DNA from: an uncultured Terracidiphilus sp.
Lineage (GTDB): Bacteria; Acidobacteriota; Terriglobia; Terriglobales; Acidobacteriaceae
DNA: 64,000 bases
Reading direction: 5' to 3'
Assembly (NCBI GenBank): GCA_964525655.1
Contig: CAZGHZ010000002.1
Coordinates: 22,897 to 86,896 of the forward strand
In this document: positions 18,178 through 27,707 of the stretch, in pieces
How positions within the stretch are numbered: the first letter of the stretch is position 1
Layout of the letters: each line of letters starts with the position of its first letter
The notes under the pieces: generated by a model
The model's database searches: none
The model's input: the letters and a program-made list of their open reading frames with translations, nothing else
What the model was told of the DNA's origin: nothing
Position numbers and translations under genes: made by a program

Positions 18178-19485
18178 TCAGTTGGCCGCTGCGCAAGGCT
18201 CCGGCTGCGGAACCTTCCCGTCAGTCTGACGAGCCGCGCCGCTGGAGGGCTTCAGATTCCAGATCGGGATCAGCGCCGCGGCACCCAAAAACACAGCTCC
18301 GGCAAGTACAAAAAAGAGGGCGTCCCATCCAAAGCGCTGGCTCACGTAGACGACTACATACGGCGAGAAGATCGCGCCCACGTGCCCGATGCCGTCTACC
18401 AATCCCGACGCGGTTGCCGCGGCCTCGGCCTCGCCGATGTCCTGTGCTCCGGCGCCGGAGATCAGAGTGTCCGGGCCAAAGGAGAAGATGCCGGCCAGCG
18501 AGATCGCTATCGCCGTGCCCACGAGCCCAAATTTAGTGAGTGCCGGCTCGGCCAAAAGGACGACGCCGAAGCCGCACAGCATGATTGCGGCCACGGGGGC
18601 GCGGCGCGACTGGATGAAACGATCCGAGATGTAACCCGCCAACACCGCGCCGGCAATGCCGATTAACTCGTACAGGGAGGAAAGATAGCCCGAAGCCTGC
18701 AAGCTGTACTTGAGGCCGCTCACCATGTAGAGCGGCAGCCAGAACATCAGAGCGTACCGGCAGAGCGTGAGGAAGAAATACGAAGTGCCGATCAGCCATA
18801 AGGCAGGTTTGCTCAATAAGTCGGCCAGTGCGCCCCAGCTCGTGTGGCTCGCATGCGACGCGGTCGAACTTGCCCCCAAGCGGGAGAAAGTCTTCGTTCC
18901 CTCAGGCTCCTCCCTGACGCCAGCGAAGAACAAGACTGTAATCATCAGCAGGAGCAGTGCCGGGAACCAGAAGCCGCGACGCCAGCCGAGCTCGGGAAAC
19001 AGCCAAGGCTGTGTAACTGTCCAGGTTGCGAAGGCCGTTGCCAGGAAGCCGCCGAGAACATAGTTCGTGCACCACCAGGACATAACGATTCCGCGATTCC
19101 CGCCCCGGAACCAGATGGCCATCGTCTTCACCAGCCCTGACCAGCCGGACGACTGCCCCAAGCCGTTCAGACAAGCGAGTATCAGCAGCCATATCAAGGA
19201 GGCGTGAGCGCCCATCAGAAAATTGCAGGCCACTACTAGTACAAGGCCTGCGCCAACGACGCGCTTGGCCCCAATACGGTCCGAGAGGGGCCCGCAGCAA
19301 AATTGGCCGATGGCATAAAGCACGCTGTAGCCGAAGACGATGTTTGCCAGGTCCATGCCTCGAAGCCCTGAGACGCTGTTCAGCAGGGGCAGAACGATGC
19401 TCAGGTTCTTGCGGCAGAGATAAAAGCCGGCGTAGGCGAGCCAGGTTAGTACGAAGATCCGGCGCTGGCTGGAAGAGAAGTTCAT
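18178..19485 (-). CDS. MFS transporter, organophosphate:Pi antiporter (OPA; GlpT/UhpC-like) family
   Basis: 12-TM-like profile. The N-terminal motif YAGFYLCRKNLSIVLP resembles the GlpT/UhpC signature. Confidence 0.75.
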   Translation of the reverse strand: MNFSSSQRRIFVLTWLAYAGFYLCRKNLSIVLPLLNSVSGLRGMDLANIVFGYSVLYAIGQFCCGPLSDRIGAKRVVGAGLVLVVACNFLMGAHASLIWLLILACLNGLGQSSGWSGLVKTMAIWFRGGNRGIVMSWWCTNYVLGGFLATAFATWTVTQPWLFPELGWRRGFWFPALLLLMITVLFFAGVREEPEGTKTFSRLGASSTASHASHTSWGALADLLSKPALWLIGTSYFFLTLCRYALMFWLPLYMVSGLKYSLQASGYLSSLYELIGIAGAVLAGYISDRFIQSRRAPVAAIMLCGFGVVLLAEPALTKFGLVGTAIAISLAGIFSFGPDTLISGAGAQDIGEAEAAATASGLVDGIGHVGAIFSPYVVVYVSQRFGWDALFFVLAGAVFLGAAALIPIWNLKPSSGAARQTDGKVPQPEPCAAAN

Positions 19486-19509
19486 CGGGGCTCCTGACCC
19501 ACTCTGGGT

Positions 19510-20292
19510 CTAGACTGAACGGTTGCGCTCGAAGAGGATGCGAAGCCCATCGAGCGTGAGCATGTCGTCGATTTCGGCGATATAACGAGAGTCTTCGGCG
19601 ATCATGCGGGCAAGACCGCCGGTGGCGACGACCCGCGGCTGGCAGCCCAGCTCGGCGAAGATACGCGCAAGGACTCCGTCGACAAGGCCGATGTATCCGA
19701 AGTAGAGCCCACTCTGCAGATGCCCGAGAGTGCTTGTGCCGATGACCTTGGCTGGCCGTTTGATATCGACCCTGCTCAACCGCGCCGCTTTTGAAAAGAG
19801 AGCATCGGCACTGATGCCAAGGCCCGGCGCAATCGCTCCGCCCAGATATTCGCCGCGCTCGGAGATGACTTCAAACTTGGTTGCGGTGCCGAAGTTCACC
19901 ACGATGCATGGGCCGCCGTAACGCTCGAATGCGGCGATGGAGTCGGCCAGCCGGTCGGCGCCCAACTCGGCGGGGTTATCCACCAGAATGGGCATCCCTG
20001 TCTTGATCCCCGGCTCAACGAAGAGCGGCTCAAGGTGAAAGTAGGTTTGGCAGACCTGGACCAGCGTTGACTCGACCGGCGGCACCACCGAGGAGATGAT
20101 GATGTGCGTCACCTGCTTGGGGGTCATGCCATTCATCTGAAAGAGATTCACGAAGAGCAGGCCGTACTCGTCGGCAGTCTGGCTGCGAGGCGTTGTAAGG
20201 CGCCAGTGGGCGGCCAAAGCGGGTTGCTGGCCATCCAGCCGGTAAAGACCGAGTTTTGTGTTGGTATTGCCTACATCGATGGCAAGTAGCAT
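19510..20292 (-). CDS. coaX: Type III pantothenate kinase
   Basis: MLLAIDVGNTNTKLGLY, NFGTATKF and GGLA motifs; 260 aa. Confidence 0.9.
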   Translation of the reverse strand: MLLAIDVGNTNTKLGLYRLDGQQPALAAHWRLTTPRSQTADEYGLLFVNLFQMNGMTPKQVTHIIISSVVPPVESTLVQVCQTYFHLEPLFVEPGIKTGMPILVDNPAELGADRLADSIAAFERYGGPCIVVNFGTATKFEVISERGEYLGGAIAPGLGISADALFSKAARLSRVDIKRPAKVIGTSTLGHLQSGLYFGYIGLVDGVLARIFAELGCQPRVVATGGLARMIAEDSRYIAEIDDMLTLDGLRILFERNRSV

Positions 20293-20295
20293 GGG

Positions 20296-21024
20296 TCAGC
20301 TCATTTCTGAATAACTTCTTGAAAGAGGGAGAGGGTCACGGAGAATGATCTCCGCGACCTCACCCATGGATGAAACGCAACGATCAGCCGAAGGATCGAA
20401 AGAGCCGATGAGGATGGACGGCAAGTGTGCAGCTCGGGCTGCTGCGATGTCCAGCCGGACGCTGTCCCCAATCATCCAGGCAGCGCTGGAGCAGCCGAGC
20501 GAGTTTAGAACGACTTCAAGAAAAGCAGGGTTCGGCTTTTCCACGCCCATCTGAGCCGAACAGAAGATTCTTTCAAAGTAGGAGCTTAGTCCTAGTGCCG
20601 CGACAAGGCCGGGCAACTCCGGAACATGATTGGAGACAATCACGTGTTTCCATCCCGCATTTCGTAGCGCTTTCAACGCATCATCCACTCCATCGATGAT
20701 CTGCCATGCATCTCGCCGGATGAACTCGCCGCGCACAGATTCGATGATCGATACCCGTTTGCCGGAGTCGATGCCCAGTCCGGCCAGAGCACGAAAGAAA
20801 ACTGGATTCAACTGGTCCCACCAGGCTTGCGGTGAATCGATGTAACGATGTTCGATCTCGGGTGTATGCCAGGGGAATCCACAGTGGAGATAGGGCCTCA
20901 CCATGTCGAGAGATAAGTCCATGCCGGGAAGATGAAGAAGGATGGCGTCGCGAAGCGCTCCAGCCCACATGCCGTCGCGATAGGCCAACGTGCCGTCAAA
21001 ATCCCAGAGCAGGTAGCGATTCAC
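20296..21024 (-). CDS. HAD-superfamily hydrolase
   Basis: DFDGTL motif I (LLWDFDGTLAY), VSNH motif II region, GDS..D motif (MIGDSVRLDI). Start proposed at GTG 21024, overlapping the HD gene stop as GTGA. The track ORF extends to 21093. Confidence 0.7.
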   Translation of the reverse strand: MNRYLLWDFDGTLAYRDGMWAGALRDAILLHLPGMDLSLDMVRPYLHCGFPWHTPEIEHRYIDSPQAWWDQLNPVFFRALAGLGIDSGKRVSIIESVRGEFIRRDAWQIIDGVDDALKALRNAGWKHVIVSNHVPELPGLVAALGLSSYFERIFCSAQMGVEKPNPAFLEVVLNSLGCSSAAWMIGDSVRLDIAAARAAHLPSILIGSFDPSADRCVSSMGEVAEIILRDPLPLSRSYSEMS

Positions 21025-21599
21025 GCACCGAACCAGCCTTTCCGACTTGCCTCTTCGAGATGGGCTTCGAGATACTCCCAAAGCGGCGGGCATCCGGCGC
21101 GGATGGGCGGTTCGTTACGGCGCACGACGCGATCATAGCTTATTCCGTTATCGCGCCAGCTTTGACCGTTGTTGGCCAGATTCAGCAATATCGGCATGGC
21201 CCTGTCTATTGCATGCGCAAAATGGGCTTCGGATGTGTTCCCATCGTCGAACTCCCGCCACAGAGACAGAAACTCCTCAGCAGGTCCATCAGGAAGCATA
21301 CCGAAGATTCGCGCAACTGCTCTTAATTCGGCGGCCTTGCGTTCTTCTCGTCCCTCGTCGACGTAGACCATCGTGTCTCCAGTATCGATTTCACCGATGT
21401 CATGGACCAGGAGCATCTTGATCACTCGGCTTATGTCGATCGCTGGACCGGCGAAGCGCCCAATCGAAATGGCAAACAGTGCAAGCTGCCAACTGTGCTC
21501 TGCGGAGTTCTCATAGCGGTCAAGTCCGAGAGGACGAGTCTTGCGCGTCACCGACTTGAGTTTGTCCACTTCGAGGATAAAATCGACGATGCGTTGCAT
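21021..21599 (-). CDS. HD-domain phosphohydrolase (YfbR-like 5'-nucleotidase family)
   Basis: ENSAEHSWQLA and LLVHDIGEIDTGD (H...HD...D) motifs; 192 aa. Confidence 0.8.
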   Translation of the reverse strand: MQRIVDFILEVDKLKSVTRKTRPLGLDRYENSAEHSWQLALFAISIGRFAGPAIDISRVIKMLLVHDIGEIDTGDTMVYVDEGREERKAAELRAVARIFGMLPDGPAEEFLSLWREFDDGNTSEAHFAHAIDRAMPILLNLANNGQSWRDNGISYDRVVRRNEPPIRAGCPPLWEYLEAHLEEASRKGWFGA

Positions 21600-22469
21600 T
21601 CAGTTGCTTCCACCACGGGAACTGCTCGCCGTTGCCGCCGCAGTCGCGTAGGCTGCTGGAAATGCCAAGTTCTCTGCGGGATCGTATGGATCGAGAAGAA
21701 ATGTTGCGCAGACCGGGAAATGATCGGAAGGGTAATGTCCGTTGGCGGCGTGGGTGACGGTCTCGGCTGCCACGGTCTCTCCGGTGTTGCGATGAAGAAT
21801 CCAGTCCAGCCTTCTAGATCCCTTGAATCGCCCAAAGCCATGGAACGTGCCTTCCGGCCCTTCAGTCTCATGCGCGGTGATCCATGCATCTTGGAGTTTG
21901 CCTGTCAGCATGGAGTGAACCTCTCCTTCGGCGGGCGCGTTGAAGTCGCCGGTGAGCAAGAGCGGCAGCTCCGGCGGCAGCGTTGCTATCGTCTGCAACA
22001 GCACGAGCGTCGATTGGCGGCGTGCCTCGTCGGCGCCACGGCCATAGGGCAAATGGGTATTCAAGATAAGAATGTCGGAGCCCACGGCTGGGCGCAGTCT
22101 GCCCCAGGTGACCATGCGCGGCTTTGGAATCTCCCAATCGCTGGAGCCTGGAATCTCAGGCGTTCGAGAGAACCATTTTTCACCGCAGTCGATGAGCGAG
22201 AATCTCTGCCGGTCAAAGAAGATGGTGTTGTGTTTGTCGCGATCGTCTCCGTAGCGTCCGCGGCCAAAGCAATTGAAGGACGGAATCCGGTCGAGAATGA
22301 AAACCGTCTGCTCGGCATGGATCTCCTGGGCGCCGAGTAGATCCGGTGAGCACAACTGAATCGTCTCGACAAGCAAATCCCGGCGCTGTTCCCAGGCCTG
22401 AGCGGGGTCTTCGACATCCATCTGCAAAACGTTGAACGACATGACCCGCAGACAGTCGAAATCGGTCAT
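21600..22469 (-). CDS. Endonuclease/exonuclease/phosphatase (EEP) family protein
   Basis: LRVMSFNVLQ start region, GAQE, LNTHL, GDFN and SDHFPV motifs. Start set at internal ATG 22469. The stop abuts the HD gene start. Confidence 0.8.
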   Translation of the reverse strand: MTDFDCLRVMSFNVLQMDVEDPAQAWEQRRDLLVETIQLCSPDLLGAQEIHAEQTVFILDRIPSFNCFGRGRYGDDRDKHNTIFFDRQRFSLIDCGEKWFSRTPEIPGSSDWEIPKPRMVTWGRLRPAVGSDILILNTHLPYGRGADEARRQSTLVLLQTIATLPPELPLLLTGDFNAPAEGEVHSMLTGKLQDAWITAHETEGPEGTFHGFGRFKGSRRLDWILHRNTGETVAAETVTHAANGHYPSDHFPVCATFLLDPYDPAENLAFPAAYATAAATASSSRGGSN

Positions 22470-22694
22470 ATGAGATTGCCCATAGCCGAACTGTAAAGCG
22501 AAGGGCTGGACCGGGGTGTCAAACGAATATAAATACTTGACGCCGAAGCAATGAGATTTGCCCGCGAAGCGCGATTTGGAAAGTCGGCTCCAACTTCGCG
22601 GCCAGTTCTGCTTGCGTGGCAGGCAAGACCAAGCGCCTAATTCCGCGGCAACCTGGTACTGGTTCCCTAACCTCTTCAAGATGGCTGAAATACG

Positions 22695-22758
22695 TCTCTC
22701 AGGAGTTAAAGCCCTTAATTCTATTGCTTCTTTTGCGGTAAGGCTGAAGCCGTGCCCT
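22695..22758 (-). repeat. Copy C of a 64-65 nt dispersed two-hairpin intergenic repeat
   Basis: The minus-strand sequence agggcacggcttcagcc...gggctttaactcctgagaga is colinear and equal in length with the copies at 56975-57038 and 60911-60975. Confidence 0.65.
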
Positions 22759-22784
22759 TGCAAGACCCACGTATGCAACCAGCT

Positions 22785-23375
22785 CTAGCTGCGTTTGGCT
22801 GTCAGAGGAGGTTGAGAATCGTCGGGTTGCGCTTCGTCGTATGCCGGTTCCGCCACCAGGTTTGTCGCTGACCTTTGAAGTAGCTTCTCCCGTTCACTTT
22901 GCATCGCACTGTATATCTCGTCGAGGATTTGCAGGGCCTGCTGTCCCGCTTCGCCGGCGAAGGCATTGCGCATCAGTTCGCGCATAGGCTGCCAATCCTC
23001 TGAGAGCCGCTGCATCACGGTTTGTCCATGCGCGGTGAGGAACAGAAGGCGCACGCGGCCATCGCTGGCGCAGGCCTTGCGCCGCAGGATTCCACGCTTC
23101 TCAAGCAAAGTGACCATTGCGGTTACGGTGTTGGGCTCGGCGAAGATCTCGTTGGTCACGTCGGCCTGCCGAATGCCCGGATGCCTTTGCACCGCGAGCA
23201 TCAGGGAATACTGTTCGGTGGTCAGCCGATAGGGGCTGAACATGGCGTCGCCGCATCGGCAGATCGAAAGAAAAGCTCTGCGCAGCCGGCGGACCACATG
23301 CAAAGAGCTTTCCCGCGAAGGTTGCACCGAAAGAGCCGCATCGGGAGCGATCTGTTCTTCATTCATCAGGGACAT
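22785..23375 (-). CDS. MarR-family transcriptional regulator
   Basis: Winged-HTH region LTTEQYSLMLAVQRHPGIRQADVTNEIFAEPNTVTAMVTLLEKRGILRRK..DGRVRLLFLT. Divergent from the TonB-receptor gene. Confidence 0.85.
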   Translation of the reverse strand: MSLMNEEQIAPDAALSVQPSRESSLHVVRRLRRAFLSICRCGDAMFSPYRLTTEQYSLMLAVQRHPGIRQADVTNEIFAEPNTVTAMVTLLEKRGILRRKACASDGRVRLLFLTAHGQTVMQRLSEDWQPMRELMRNAFAGEAGQQALQILDEIYSAMQSEREKLLQRSATNLVAEPAYDEAQPDDSQPPLTAKRS

Positions 23376-23627
23376 TGCGTTCCATTCGGTCCTCGACCGC
23401 CAGTTATTAGCGGGGAGGATTGTGGAAAACTCGTGTGTGAACTACCGCTCCGGCCTGCCTGCATTCCCAAGTCGTCTCGATGCAGGCCGTTCGACGATAA
23501 ACCGCCAGCCAATTTCGCCGCAATTCCTTGCCGATGCTTCACTTGCACCTAAGCCCGCACGATAAGGAATGACGCAATCTTGGAGTATATCAGAGAAATC
23601 AAGGGCTCACACATTAACACAGTAGAT

Positions 23628-23659
23628 ATGATTCGTATACGAATAATTAACCGAATCAT
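23628..23659. promoter_or_regulatory. Putative operator: perfect 14-bp palindrome ATTCGTATACGAAT with an extra flanking half-site
   Basis: attcgtatacgaat at 23631-23644. The outer inverted repeat atgattcg (23628-23635) / cgaatcat (23652-23659) adds a half-site. It lies in an AT-rich patch of the 577-bp MarR/TonB-receptor intergenic region. The 10-mer recurs at 39151, 39291 and 58773. Confidence 0.5.
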
Positions 23660-23952
23660 CACACCGCAACAATACTGGATGCCTACACTCCGCTCATAAC
23701 CACCCTGCAATTGTCTCTGTCCGCCAACGAGACAGGGCCAATCTCAACCGATCGCAAGGAGCATGGCAATGCCATCCGAATTGCGGCACGCAGAGCCGGA
23801 TGCAATCCAGTCTCCATCGGTGTGTGAGGGGGAGATCGGAAATCGAAGTAGCGCCTCATGACGATTGCCGGTCATGGAGCAAGCAACACACCGCGATCGA
23901 TCGTCTCTGGAATGACGCGATCAAGTACTTCACTTTGAATGGGAGCAATCCA

Positions 23953-26900
23953 ATGCGATCTATCTTCTGCCAGATGCGAACTTACCTCATTGCAGGTGTG
24001 TTCCTGTTGGCCGCTTGTTTCGGAACGCAGCTCTTTGCACAGAGCGCGGTCGTCAGCGGTCAGGTTGCCGACGCCAGCGGCGCAGCCGTAAAAGGCGCCA
24101 CCATCACTCTTCTCCGGCCATCTACAGATGTGAAGACCACAACGGTCAGCGACGCCAGCGGTATCTTCATCCTGCCGCCGGTTCCGCCCGGTCATTATGA
24201 AATCACGGTGGCGGCAACGGGATTTGAGCCCTGGAAGGACACCGGTATCGTGCTCGAGATCGGCGAGCAAAAGGCTGTGAACGCGGTGCTTCTGATCGGG
24301 TCGGTGAATCAGACCGTGACTGTAAGTGACGCGCCGGCGGAGTTGCAAGTTGAAAACGCGGATCGCAGCACGCTGCTGGAGCCGACCTTTATCGAAGACC
24401 TTCCGCTCGATCCGCGCAACCCGCTGCAACTGATCTCGGCGACGATCGGCGTTACCTCGAACGACGGTCAGATCACCTCCGGTACAAACACCACCACGGA
24501 GAGCACGACCAATCAATTCCGTATCAACGGCGCACATATGACCACCACCGATTTGTTGATCGACGGCGGCGCGGACATGGTTGCCTATAACAGCCAGGCC
24601 GCGGGCATCCCCGGCGTGGATGCGACGCAGGAGTTTCGCGTGCTGACCTCGGCCTACGCGCCCGAGTATGGCTACACCAGCGGCGGTATCGTCGATTTCT
24701 CGCTCAAATCCGGCACCAATACCGTCCATGGCGGCGGCTGGGAATATGACCGCCAGGCCTTCATGGATGCCAACGGCCACAACGCCAATGTGGCGAGCAT
24801 TGCGAAACCTCCATTGCACAGAGACCAGTTCGGCGGCCAGTTCGGCGGGCCGATCATCATCCCCAAGCTCTACCACGGACGCGACAAGACTTTCTTCTAC
24901 TTCTCCTACGAAGGGCTGCGCGACACCTTCGAGCAGGCGGGCGGCTATAGCGCGCTGGTGCCGACGGACGCGATGATCGGCCGCAACGGACTGCCCGGCG
25001 GCGACTTCTCTGCCGCGACCAACAGCGCCAATTACCCGATTACGGGAATCTCAGTTTACGATCCGACGAAGCTTGTGAGCGGCAAGCGCGTGCAGTTTCC
25101 AAACAACATTATCCCGGCGAACAGGCTCGATCCTGTTGCAACGAAGCTGCTCTCGATGTACCCCTCTCCGACGCCGGGGTATTTCCAGCAGTCCAATGGC
25201 GCTTACAACTACTTCAACCCGGCCACGGAGACGGATATCGACGACAGCATCGATCTCCGCATCGATCATAAGTGGAGCGACAAACACAACATGTTTGGCC
25301 ACTTCGACCGCTTCAGCAACTACATCAAAAACCCCGATGAATACGGTCCTACCGGCCTGGGCCACGAGCAGGAACCGACCAACTCGGACGACCGCATTCC
25401 CGGCTACCATGCGCTGGTCAACCACACCTGGACCGTCAAGAACAACCTGATCTTCAATCACCATGGCTCCTGGGGGCATAGCGAATCGAACCGTGCATCG
25501 GTATTGCCGCTCTCGCCGAGCACAGTCTTCGGTTTCAATGCCGCAGCCGCGCCTGCCAGAACCAACACCTTCACTCCGCAGGTTGAGTCGGTCTCTGGCC
25601 AGCTCTCCACTATCGGCAACTCCGAGCCATTGGAGACTAACAAATCATCGGTCTACCAATATCAGGCCGATCTAAGCTGGCTCAGAGGAAAGCACACCTT
25701 CAAGATGGGAACCGATCTACGGCACTACTTCGTACAGCACTGGGATCCGCAACTGCTGACGCTCACGGGGAGCAAAGCCCTGACCGGCGGCCCGAATCCC
25801 ACCTCGACCAACACAAACGGCAGCGCCATTGCCGAACTCATGCTCGGCTTTACCCCCGTTCTGAGCGGTTATGAACCCCTGGTGACCATTCGCGATCAGG
25901 TGTATTTCGTCTACGGCGAGGACACCTACAAGATCACTCCGAAACTGACGGCAACCTACGGCGTCCGCTGGGGCGTGATCAACAGTTGGAAGTCAGACGG
26001 CAACATCCTGAACTATCTGGACCTCACTTCGGCCTCTCCGATCCAATTCGCAGCCAACCCCTATTTCACAAGCTTGACTGGCGGCATGGGCATTCCCGGC
26101 GTCAGCACCTCGTCTCGCAACCTGCAACAGGCCGGCATGGCGCACATCGAGCCTCGCCTTGGAATCGCTTATGCGATGAATGAAAAGACGGTCATTCATG
26201 CCGGCTTTGGCATCTTCCGCCATCCGCAGGCGTCGGAGGCATCGTACTCCGAGTTGGGTGGCTCAGCGCGCATCTCCACCGCGGTAAGCAACCAGTCTGT
26301 CGGCGGAAACTATGTAATCGCGCCTGGATCGAGCACCACCTCCACCGGCTGCGGCGCACCCCCTGGCGCCTGCTATACATTGGGGAACCCGTTCTTCTCC
26401 AGCCCCGGCCAGGCTCCTCCCGCTCCCTATGGAGACAATCCATCTCCGCTGGCTGGAAACAACACTGCGAGCGGTCCGCTGAGCATCGAAGCCGGACAGA
26501 GTGTCTCCGGCGACTTGCGCCAGCAGACCGGTCCGTACCAGGAGGTATCTTCTCTCGACGTACAGCGCGTGCTGCCGGCTCACTTCGTTGTTAGCGTGGG
26601 CTACATCCTCAATCAAGGCGTTCGCCTGCGGTCCGCCATACAGCTAGATCAGGTCTCCGACTCCGTGCTGGCTCAGTGCGTGACCGGTGCCACCGTTGCG
26701 GGCAAGGCCGTGGCCGGCGACCCATCCGGGAAGACCTGCCCTGCGCTGACCACCAACGTTCCCAATCCCTTTTACGGCTCCATCACCGACGCTAGCTCGA
26801 ATTTCCAGTATCCTGCCACAACGCCGGCCGGTTACTTGCAACGCGCTTATCCTCAGTTTGCGAAGTTCAACGCACTCGACGTGGGCTGGGGACATGCTTC

Positions 26901-27612
26901 CTATAACGCGTTGCAGGTTACGGCCCAGCACCGCCAGGCCAACGGCCTCTCGGTTCTGGTGGGCTACACCTATAGCAAGGAGATCGATCAAACCGGCGAT
27001 AGCGGCAGCACAGCCTACATTCAGGACAACGGCTGCCACGCCTGCGAACGCTCCGTCGGCGAGATGGACGCGACGCACAACTTCACAGAGAACACGGTGT
27101 ATGAGCTGCCCTTTGGTCACAGCCACACGTTCCTCAACAACGGCATTGCAGCGGTTCTGGCTGGCGGCTGGCAGTTAGGCGATGCCTACAAATTCTACAG
27201 CGGCCTGCCGGTTCAGCTCACTCAGTCCTCTACCGCGCTGATCGGCAACGCGGCGATTCGCCCAACGGTCGTCTCCGGCGCAAGCCTCAAGCCGACCTCT
27301 AGCACGCAGGCCTTCAACCCCGCGGCTTTCACCGTCACACCGGCATACATGTTCGGCAACGCGCCCCGGTATGACTCTCAAATCCGCTATCCCAACTACT
27401 CTAACCTTGACGCTTTCGTGCAGAAGGAAACCAAGTTCAAGGGGGAACGGATGAGCGTCTTGTTCCGCTTCGAACTGCTCAACGCGCCCAACCACGTGAT
27501 CATGGGCGCCCCCGCCGTCAACGCGAGCACAGCGTCGACCTTCGGCAACAAGTCCACCTCGCAAGTCAACCTGCCGCGCGAAGGCCAGCTGAGCGCGCGG
27601 TTCACGTTCTAA
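23953..27612 (+). CDS. TonB-dependent outer-membrane receptor with N-terminal carboxypeptidase-regulatory-like domain
   Basis: Signal peptide (LIAGVFLLAACFGTQLFAQS). CarboxypepD_reg segment (VSGQVADASGAAVKGATITLL...GIFILPPVPPGHYEITV). Long beta-barrel region ending in the aromatic C-terminus LSARFTF. Start trimmed to ATG 23953. Confidence 0.85.
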   Translation: MRSIFCQMRTYLIAGVFLLAACFGTQLFAQSAVVSGQVADASGAAVKGATITLLRPSTDVKTTTVSDASGIFILPPVPPGHYEITVAATGFEPWKDTGIVLEIGEQKAVNAVLLIGSVNQTVTVSDAPAELQVENADRSTLLEPTFIEDLPLDPRNPLQLISATIGVTSNDGQITSGTNTTTESTTNQFRINGAHMTTTDLLIDGGADMVAYNSQAAGIPGVDATQEFRVLTSAYAPEYGYTSGGIVDFSLKSGTNTVHGGGWEYDRQAFMDANGHNANVASIAKPPLHRDQFGGQFGGPIIIPKLYHGRDKTFFYFSYEGLRDTFEQAGGYSALVPTDAMIGRNGLPGGDFSAATNSANYPITGISVYDPTKLVSGKRVQFPNNIIPANRLDPVATKLLSMYPSPTPGYFQQSNGAYNYFNPATETDIDDSIDLRIDHKWSDKHNMFGHFDRFSNYIKNPDEYGPTGLGHEQEPTNSDDRIPGYHALVNHTWTVKNNLIFNHHGSWGHSESNRASVLPLSPSTVFGFNAAAAPARTNTFTPQVESVSGQLSTIGNSEPLETNKSSVYQYQADLSWLRGKHTFKMGTDLRHYFVQHWDPQLLTLTGSKALTGGPNPTSTNTNGSAIAELMLGFTPVLSGYEPLVTIRDQVYFVYGEDTYKITPKLTATYGVRWGVINSWKSDGNILNYLDLTSASPIQFAANPYFTSLTGGMGIPGVSTSSRNLQQAGMAHIEPRLGIAYAMNEKTVIHAGFGIFRHPQASEASYSELGGSARISTAVSNQSVGGNYVIAPGSSTTSTGCGAPPGACYTLGNPFFSSPGQAPPAPYGDNPSPLAGNNTASGPLSIEAGQSVSGDLRQQTGPYQEVSSLDVQRVLPAHFVVSVGYILNQGVRLRSAIQLDQVSDSVLAQCVTGATVAGKAVAGDPSGKTCPALTTNVPNPFYGSITDASSNFQYPATTPAGYLQRAYPQFAKFNALDVGWGHASYNALQVTAQHRQANGLSVLVGYTYSKEIDQTGDSGSTAYIQDNGCHACERSVGEMDATHNFTENTVYELPFGHSHTFLNNGIAAVLAGGWQLGDAYKFYSGLPVQLTQSSTALIGNAAIRPTVVSGASLKPTSSTQAFNPAAFTVTPAYMFGNAPRYDSQIRYPNYSNLDAFVQKETKFKGERMSVLFRFELLNAPNHVIMGAPAVNASTASTFGNKSTSQVNLPREGQLSARFTF

Positions 27613-27626
27613 CCAAATCCATCCAA

Positions 27627-27662
27627 CTGCCGGCGGCTCAGGCCGCCGGCAGTGCCGTTTTT
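27627..27662 (+). terminator. Rho-independent terminator after the TonB-receptor gene
   Basis: 11-bp GC stem ctgccggcggc / gccgccggcag, loop tcag, followed by tgccgttttt. Confidence 0.75.
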
Positions 27663-27707
27663 CCCAAGGCGTGTTTTTTGCGCGAAAACCAACCACAAGG
27701 ACACCCG

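Noticed and set aside
22470-22778. 103-aa N-terminal extension of the EEP-family ORF.
   Set aside because: Composition is Arg/Trp/Ser-rich and non-protein-like. The stretch contains copy C of the intergenic repeat. EEP proteins normally begin close to the LRVMSFN motif.
23800-23952. 51-aa N-terminal extension of the TonB-receptor ORF in the track.
   Set aside because: The extension has no signal peptide or receptor features. The internal ATG at 23953 is followed directly by a typical signal peptide.
23376-23952. Possible riboswitch (for example cobalamin) or Pho box in the long leader of the TonB-receptor gene, and in 39237-39417.
   Set aside because: I could not find a B12-box-like GCCACTG core or CTGTCAT-type Pho-box repeats by eye. 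A covariance-model scan would be needed to exclude them properly.
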